64,000 nucleotides of DNA. It comes from the human T2T-CHM13v2.0 reference genome, Homo sapiens. The position numbers were made by a program, and so were the translations under genes. Below, in pieces: positions 58,596 through 64,000 of this stretch. Numbering within the stretch: position 1 is the stretch's first letter; every line of letters begins with the position of its first letter. The DNA is taken from NCBI RefSeq assembly GCF_009914755.1, contig NC_060937.1. The stretch is one strand, 5' to 3'. The notes under the pieces were generated by a model. It ran no database searches. It was not told the DNA's origin and saw nothing but the letters and a program-made list of their open reading frames with translations.

Positions 58596-60739
58596 ATTCA
58601 TTTTGTGGTTGTAAGTACAAAAAAAACCTCAATAATGATGAGAAAAAAGATATACGAAGATTTGTTGGTTAGGAGATCATAGCTGATAGGGTGTGTACTA
58701 CTTACTACAACTGCTATTCTCCCACACTCACACTATCTCCTGTCTTAAGAAGTTTAAGCAAATCTAGGCCCAGTGTCCCACTGAGGGAAATCACAAGAAG
58801 ACTTAGAGGGGTCCCATCCATGAGAGCTGCACCATGAGTACATGCTACTTGGAAGGCTGCTTCTGTGGTCATTCTGAGAGCTGGGAAACCAACCTGGTGC
58901 TGAGCTGTCCAGAAGGCAGCATCTGCTGATTCTGGTACCACTGGGAAGAACAGGACACATCTTTACTAGGGAACCAGCTGCTAGTCAACAGCTGCCCCTT
59001 CTGCTCCCCAATAAGCACCTTTCTGATTACTGTCAGTTTTTCAGCAGAAAGGCCATCAGCTGTTGTGTTAATGATGGGGCTTCACTGGTTGGAAGAATTT
59101 TGCAGTCTCCAGTCTGAACTATTCCTCTGGGTGTCCTTATTCAAGCAGCAGTTAATTTGAAAACAATTAGCTGGTTGTTCACTTCCTTAAGGCAAAGCAA
59201 TACTGGATGGGCTACCAGGTTGGACTAAGATTCCAGCAGAACACTCTGAAGGAGCCAGGATATTTCTAGGATGGGTCTGCTTTGTGTTGGCTTCAGGAAA
59301 AGTCTAGCATTTCTAACCCTGATCATTGGGAATTAGTCACTATTTCCCTTAGTTGCTCTGGCAGGCTTTCATTTATTTTTGCCTGGGTGACAAGGAGACA
59401 CTTCTACATTTCAACATTAAACAGACTGGACGATTCATTTGTTTTCTTCTTTTTTTCACTCTTCCAGGTAAAGGGAAAATGGATCCTTATGGTGAATTAT
59501 AGATGAGAAATCAATGAAAGATACAGAGACTAAAGAGAAGTAGAGTTTTATAAAAAGCAACTGGATTTGTTTTATAAAGTAGCAGATTTCCTTTTACAGG
59601 CTGGCCAACATAATCTTTGGGACTGAAATATCTTTCTGATAAGAGTATGTATTTTCTGTCACTGAATCCTCTACTTATATCCCCTGCCACACTTCATCCT
59701 GTTAATGAGGACAAAACAATATGAGGAAAGTTTTTCTGTTTTCCTCAGTCTCCCAATTCCTCACCTCTCTTCTCTGCAAACCACTCGGCTTCCATAACAA
59801 AAAGGATGACACAAACAGAGTAAAAATATGTTACCAGAGACTTTCTCAGTTCATGGCAATATTCAATCAGCTAAATCTGGCAAACTCATACACATCTGGC
59901 CTGCTGGCAAGTCTGACTAGAATTCAGCTGTGCCTGTACAAGGAAGCAGGGGAACAGCATTTAGAGTTAGACAGCCCTATGGCCTGCTGAATCCTCAAAT
60001 ATGCAAGGGGCTTATTCACAAAATGCTTCACAAAAAATGGCTCCTCCAAACACATGCATACTTATTTGATGTTTTTATACTTTTTTCTTTTCAGTGCTAA
60101 GCCATCTTCTTTAGTTAGAACTATTTTTATCCTTTGTCACTTTATAAACTGCAATGGAATTCAGTATTCCATGTACAACCTTAATTTTCTGTATGACATG
60201 GAAAACAATATGGGAATCAGAGGGACTTAAAACTAAGTCTATGGAGCCCAATTCCCAAATTGCAGATTTAGGTCTTACTGTCTCTCAGGCAGATTAGACG
60301 ACTTCTGAAAAGAAATACTTATTTAAATATGCTTATTTTATTGTTATTGAGGTATGCATAAATTATCCCGTTATAGCTATCCAAAACTGTGAACAACAGA
60401 ACAAGACCCCAAACTGCAGAGAATATATCAACTCAGTTGCAAAAGATAAGACAGTAGGAAAGGTGCCATACAGAACAATATTGGGAGTTAGCATCATGAA
60501 GAAGGTTAGCAAGATGTGTTTATAATACAACTTTCATTCCAACAGAAATTATAACATGCTAAGAGCATGGACCTCGAGGAAAAAATATCTATTTTGGTGG
60601 GCTAAGTAACTTTTGGAAAAGACTAAAACACAAACTCCTTTAGTAAAATGCTTTAATATACTCTAGGCCTTTTCTTTAAAAGTAAGGTATGATTAAACTA
60701 AAACTTTCAAGTAGTTCAATGAACTAAGCAAGAACTGTT

Positions 60740-61470
60740 GGCTTCCCTCCAACCATAGTCCCACTTGCTAGAGATAATAACCATAAAAGTTTCATGTGCA
60801 GCCCACACATAAACAAGCATATACAGCTGCATATTTACACACGTGTGTATTTGCTGGTACAGGCCTAAAATATGGAAACATTTGCTATTTTATTAAAAAG
60901 TGCTCATACCATATATAATATTCATGCAACATTGTTCTGTATCATTGACATAGATGGGTTTGTTCTTTTTAATGGCTATTTTATGTACTATTGAACAGGT
61001 ATGCTATAATACCTATATTCCTATTGGTATGCTTTTAGGTTACTTCTGAGTTTTAACAATTAAAAAATACGCAATATGTCTTCTTACAATTATAACTTTC
61101 TAACTTGTATAGATAGAACTAAAACTTCTCCAAAAATTATTATTCCAAGCTACACTCCTTCCAACAGAGTAACAATTTCTCACCACCACTAGATAGCATC
61201 AACTGTTTAAATTGTGTCCAATGGACAACTGAAAAATACTCTCTTATTTTAATTTTTGCCATCATTAATGAGGCCATCTTTGCTTGGCTGTTATATTTTT
61301 CTTTGAATAGCCCATTCATATTCTCTATTTGTTTTCTTCCACTGAGTTGTTACTTTTTACTAATTGAGTCCCTTGTTTCACAGAGAAATTAGCCCATCAT
61401 CTGTCATGTGTACTGCAAATATAATTCCTAATTTTTCATTTGTCTATTGGCTTTGGTTTTGTTTTGGAAT
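60740..61470 (-). mobile_element. Ancient L1ME 3' portion
   Basis: TTCTTTTTAATGGCT; CCTATTGGTATGCTTTTAGGTT; TACACTCCTTCCAACAG; TGCAAATAT. Confidence 0.7.
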
Positions 61471-62084
61471 GAGGAGACAGTCTTCTAGAAAATAAGACAT
61501 ATTAAATAATATATTGGTAATTGTAAAGCACAGATTGTATGGCGCCAGCCATCATGTGCTTTGTTCAGGTGTCATGCTTATCTTAGGTAACAAGGTCACC
61601 AGGATGAATTAGTGAAAATCCTGCTGAGTTTCAGATCATCTCAGTGGCCCTCTATAAAGTGTTCTCACTCACCTGGCAGCCTCCTTTCTTAATCTCAGTT
61701 GGAATCTCAACCACAAAGTGGTTGCTCCTTGTATCTAGAAGTCATTTAAAAGACAGTAATCAAAATTTCTGTTCTCTTTTATTTGTTCCTCTGCTTCCCT
61801 ATCAATAATTCTGGGAGGAGTGGGAGAGAGAACAGTGCGTAATCAAAAGGCAGACCTAGCAAATTATTATTTTATTGATAAAATAATTCAGCAAATTCTC
61901 AATATTCCTGCTTCACAGTGATTACCCTAGATTTTATATTTTAGGGTTTTGCACCTACCTCTTATCATCACCACTAACTAGAGTGTAGTCTGTGTAGGAC
62001 ACCGATTAGACTCACCCCTGGTTTGGCAGGCAAAGAATGCCAAGGCAAAAGCACAGCCGAGAAAGCTCCCTGTACTTGTGCAGA

Positions 62085-62335
62085 TAGAGAGGCAGAGTAT
62101 ACCCCGGAGCTGAGCTGCAAGGTACAAATCCTGACCCTCCTACTTGATAACTGTGTTACTCGGAGTCAGTTAACCTCTCAGAGCCTCAGATTCCTAATAC
62201 ATATGATGCATATAGGAACAGTGCCATCAGAATAAGAAGAGCAGCTACATCACAGGACTGCTATAGGGTGAATGGAGTTATGATGTAAAGTAGTGCCTGG
62301 GATACACATAGCACATTTTAAGTAAATGTGGCATA
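62085..62335 (+). mobile_element. MIR SINE
   Basis: CAAATCCTGACCCTCCTACTT..CTGTGT..AGTCAGTTAACCTCTCAGAGCCTCAG..AGTGCCTGG. Confidence 0.8.
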
Positions 62336-62477
62336 TCAATATAGTAATTACATATAGCACAATAGAAAAGTTAGAGTGTGATGAAATCCAATAGGCTTTA
62401 CAAAAATCAAGTAAGTATTAGTACTACATAACCACAGAAAAGGGAGGCCCAAAGGAACAGTCAAGAAATGCAGCAAG

Positions 62478-62802
62478 GGCCAGGCACAGTGGCTCATGCC
62501 TCTAATTCCAACACTTTGAGAGGCTGAGGCGTGTGAGCCCAGGAGTTCAAGACCAGCTTGGGCTACATGGTGAAATCCCGTCTCTACAAAAATACAAAAA
62601 TTAGCCAGGCGTGATGGTGTACATCTATAGTACCAGGTACTTGGGACACTGAGGTGAAAGGATCACTGGCTGAGGCTGCAGTAAGCCATAATAACACCGC
62701 TGCACTCCATCCTGGACAACAGAATGAGACCCTGTCAAAAAAAAGGAAGGAAGGAAGAGAGAGAGGGAGGGAGGGAGGGAGGGAGGGAAGGATGGAGAGA
62801 GG
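62478..62802 (+). mobile_element. AluJb with tail converted to (GGAA)n/(GGGA)n
   Basis: Dimer with two small deletions; perfect TSD GAAATGCAGCAAG (62465-62477 / 62803-62815). Confidence 0.95.
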
Positions 62803-62824
62803 GAAATGCAGCAAGGAGAAGAGA

Positions 62825-64000
62825 TGGGGAGCAACATGGCCAAATAGAAGCCTCCACCACTCATCTTCCTCATAGGAACACCATATCTTGAGTAGAAAGA
62901 TGAAAAAATGAACCAATGCAAAATAATAGCTATAACAACTTTTCAAGATATAGACAGTACAATAACATATAAATAGAAACAATAAAAAGTTAAAAAGTTG
63001 GGGAATGAAGTTTAAAGTGTAGAGTTTTTTAATACTCTTCTCTTTATTAGTTTGTTTATGCAATTAGTGTAAGTTGTCATCAATTTAAAATAATGGGTTA
63101 TAAGATATTTACAAGCCACATGATAACCTCAAATAAAAAAATACAATAGATACATAAAAATTAAAAAGCAAGAAATCAAAATATACCACCAGAAAAAAAT
63201 CGCCTTCATTAAAAGGAAGACAGGAAAGAAGGAAGAGAAGACCACAGAACAACCAGAAAACAAATAACAAAATGGCAGCAGTAAGTCCTTACTTACCAAT
63301 AATAACACTGAATGTAAATGAACTAACCTCTACAACCAAAAGGCACAGAGTGGCTGAACAGATAAAACAAAACTAAACTAAACAAAAAACAAGCCCCAAT
63401 GATCCACTGCCTGCAAGAAACATGCTCCACCTATAAAGACACACATAGATTGAAAATAAAGAACTGGAAAGATACTCCATGCCCATGGAATCCAAAAAAA
63501 GAACAGGAGTGGCTATGCTGGTACCAGACAAAACAGATTTCAAGACAAAACCTATAAATGGAGACAAAGAACTTCATTATATAATAATCTATGGGTCAAT
63601 TCAGCAAGAGGATATAACAATTTTAAATATAACAGTGGAGCACCCAAATATAGAAAGCAAATGTTACTAGAGCTAAAGAGAGAGACAGACCACAATACAA
63701 TAATCACTGGAGACTTCAACACCCCACTTTCAGCATTAGACAGATCATCAAGACAGAAAATCAACAAAGAAACATCAGATTTAATCTGCACTATAGACTA
63801 AATGGACCTCATAGATAATTCCAGAACGTTTTGTCCAATGGCTGCAAAATATACACTCTTCTCCTCAGCACATGGATCATTCTCAAAGACAGACCATATG
63901 GTAAGCCACAAAACAAGTCTGGAAATTTTTTAAAAAAAATAAAATCACATCAAGTATCTTATCTGACCACAGTGGAACAAAACTAGAAACCAAACAACAA
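62825..64000 (+). mobile_element. L1MA/L1PB-type LINE: extreme 5' end, inter-ORF spacer and ORF2 endonuclease region, running off the window
   Basis: GAGCAACATGGCCAAATAGAAGCCTCC 5' motif; ORF2 start ATGGCAGCAGTAAGTCCTTAC (63272), ITLNVN; TGVAMLVPDKTDFK; GDFNTPLS. Confidence 0.92.

Overview
Primate (human-like) non-coding genomic DNA, AT-rich and dense in interspersed repeats. I can support no protein-coding exon, RNA gene or CpG island. All long ORFs in the track come from L1, Alu or L2 repeats or are chance. Repeats: a ~5.5 kb old L1MA-type LINE with its TSD, a HAL1-like element, two 5'-truncated L1PA3/4-type copies (one 5'-inverted), other L1M fragments, ten Alu/FRAM copies, several MaLR solo LTRs, hAT and Tigger DNA-transposon relics, and many MIR/L2 pieces. 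Subfamily names come from remembered consensus sequences and need RepeatMasker/Dfam confirmation; boundaries of old repeats are approximate. The most striking signal is a 374-bp block of perfect identity between the two otherwise ~5%-diverged L1PA copies 25 kb apart (ectopic gene conversion or an assembly artefact). Secondary signals are a chain of non-coding exon-like segments on the minus strand and several rearrangement scars. I see no evidence of a new multi-gene biological system.
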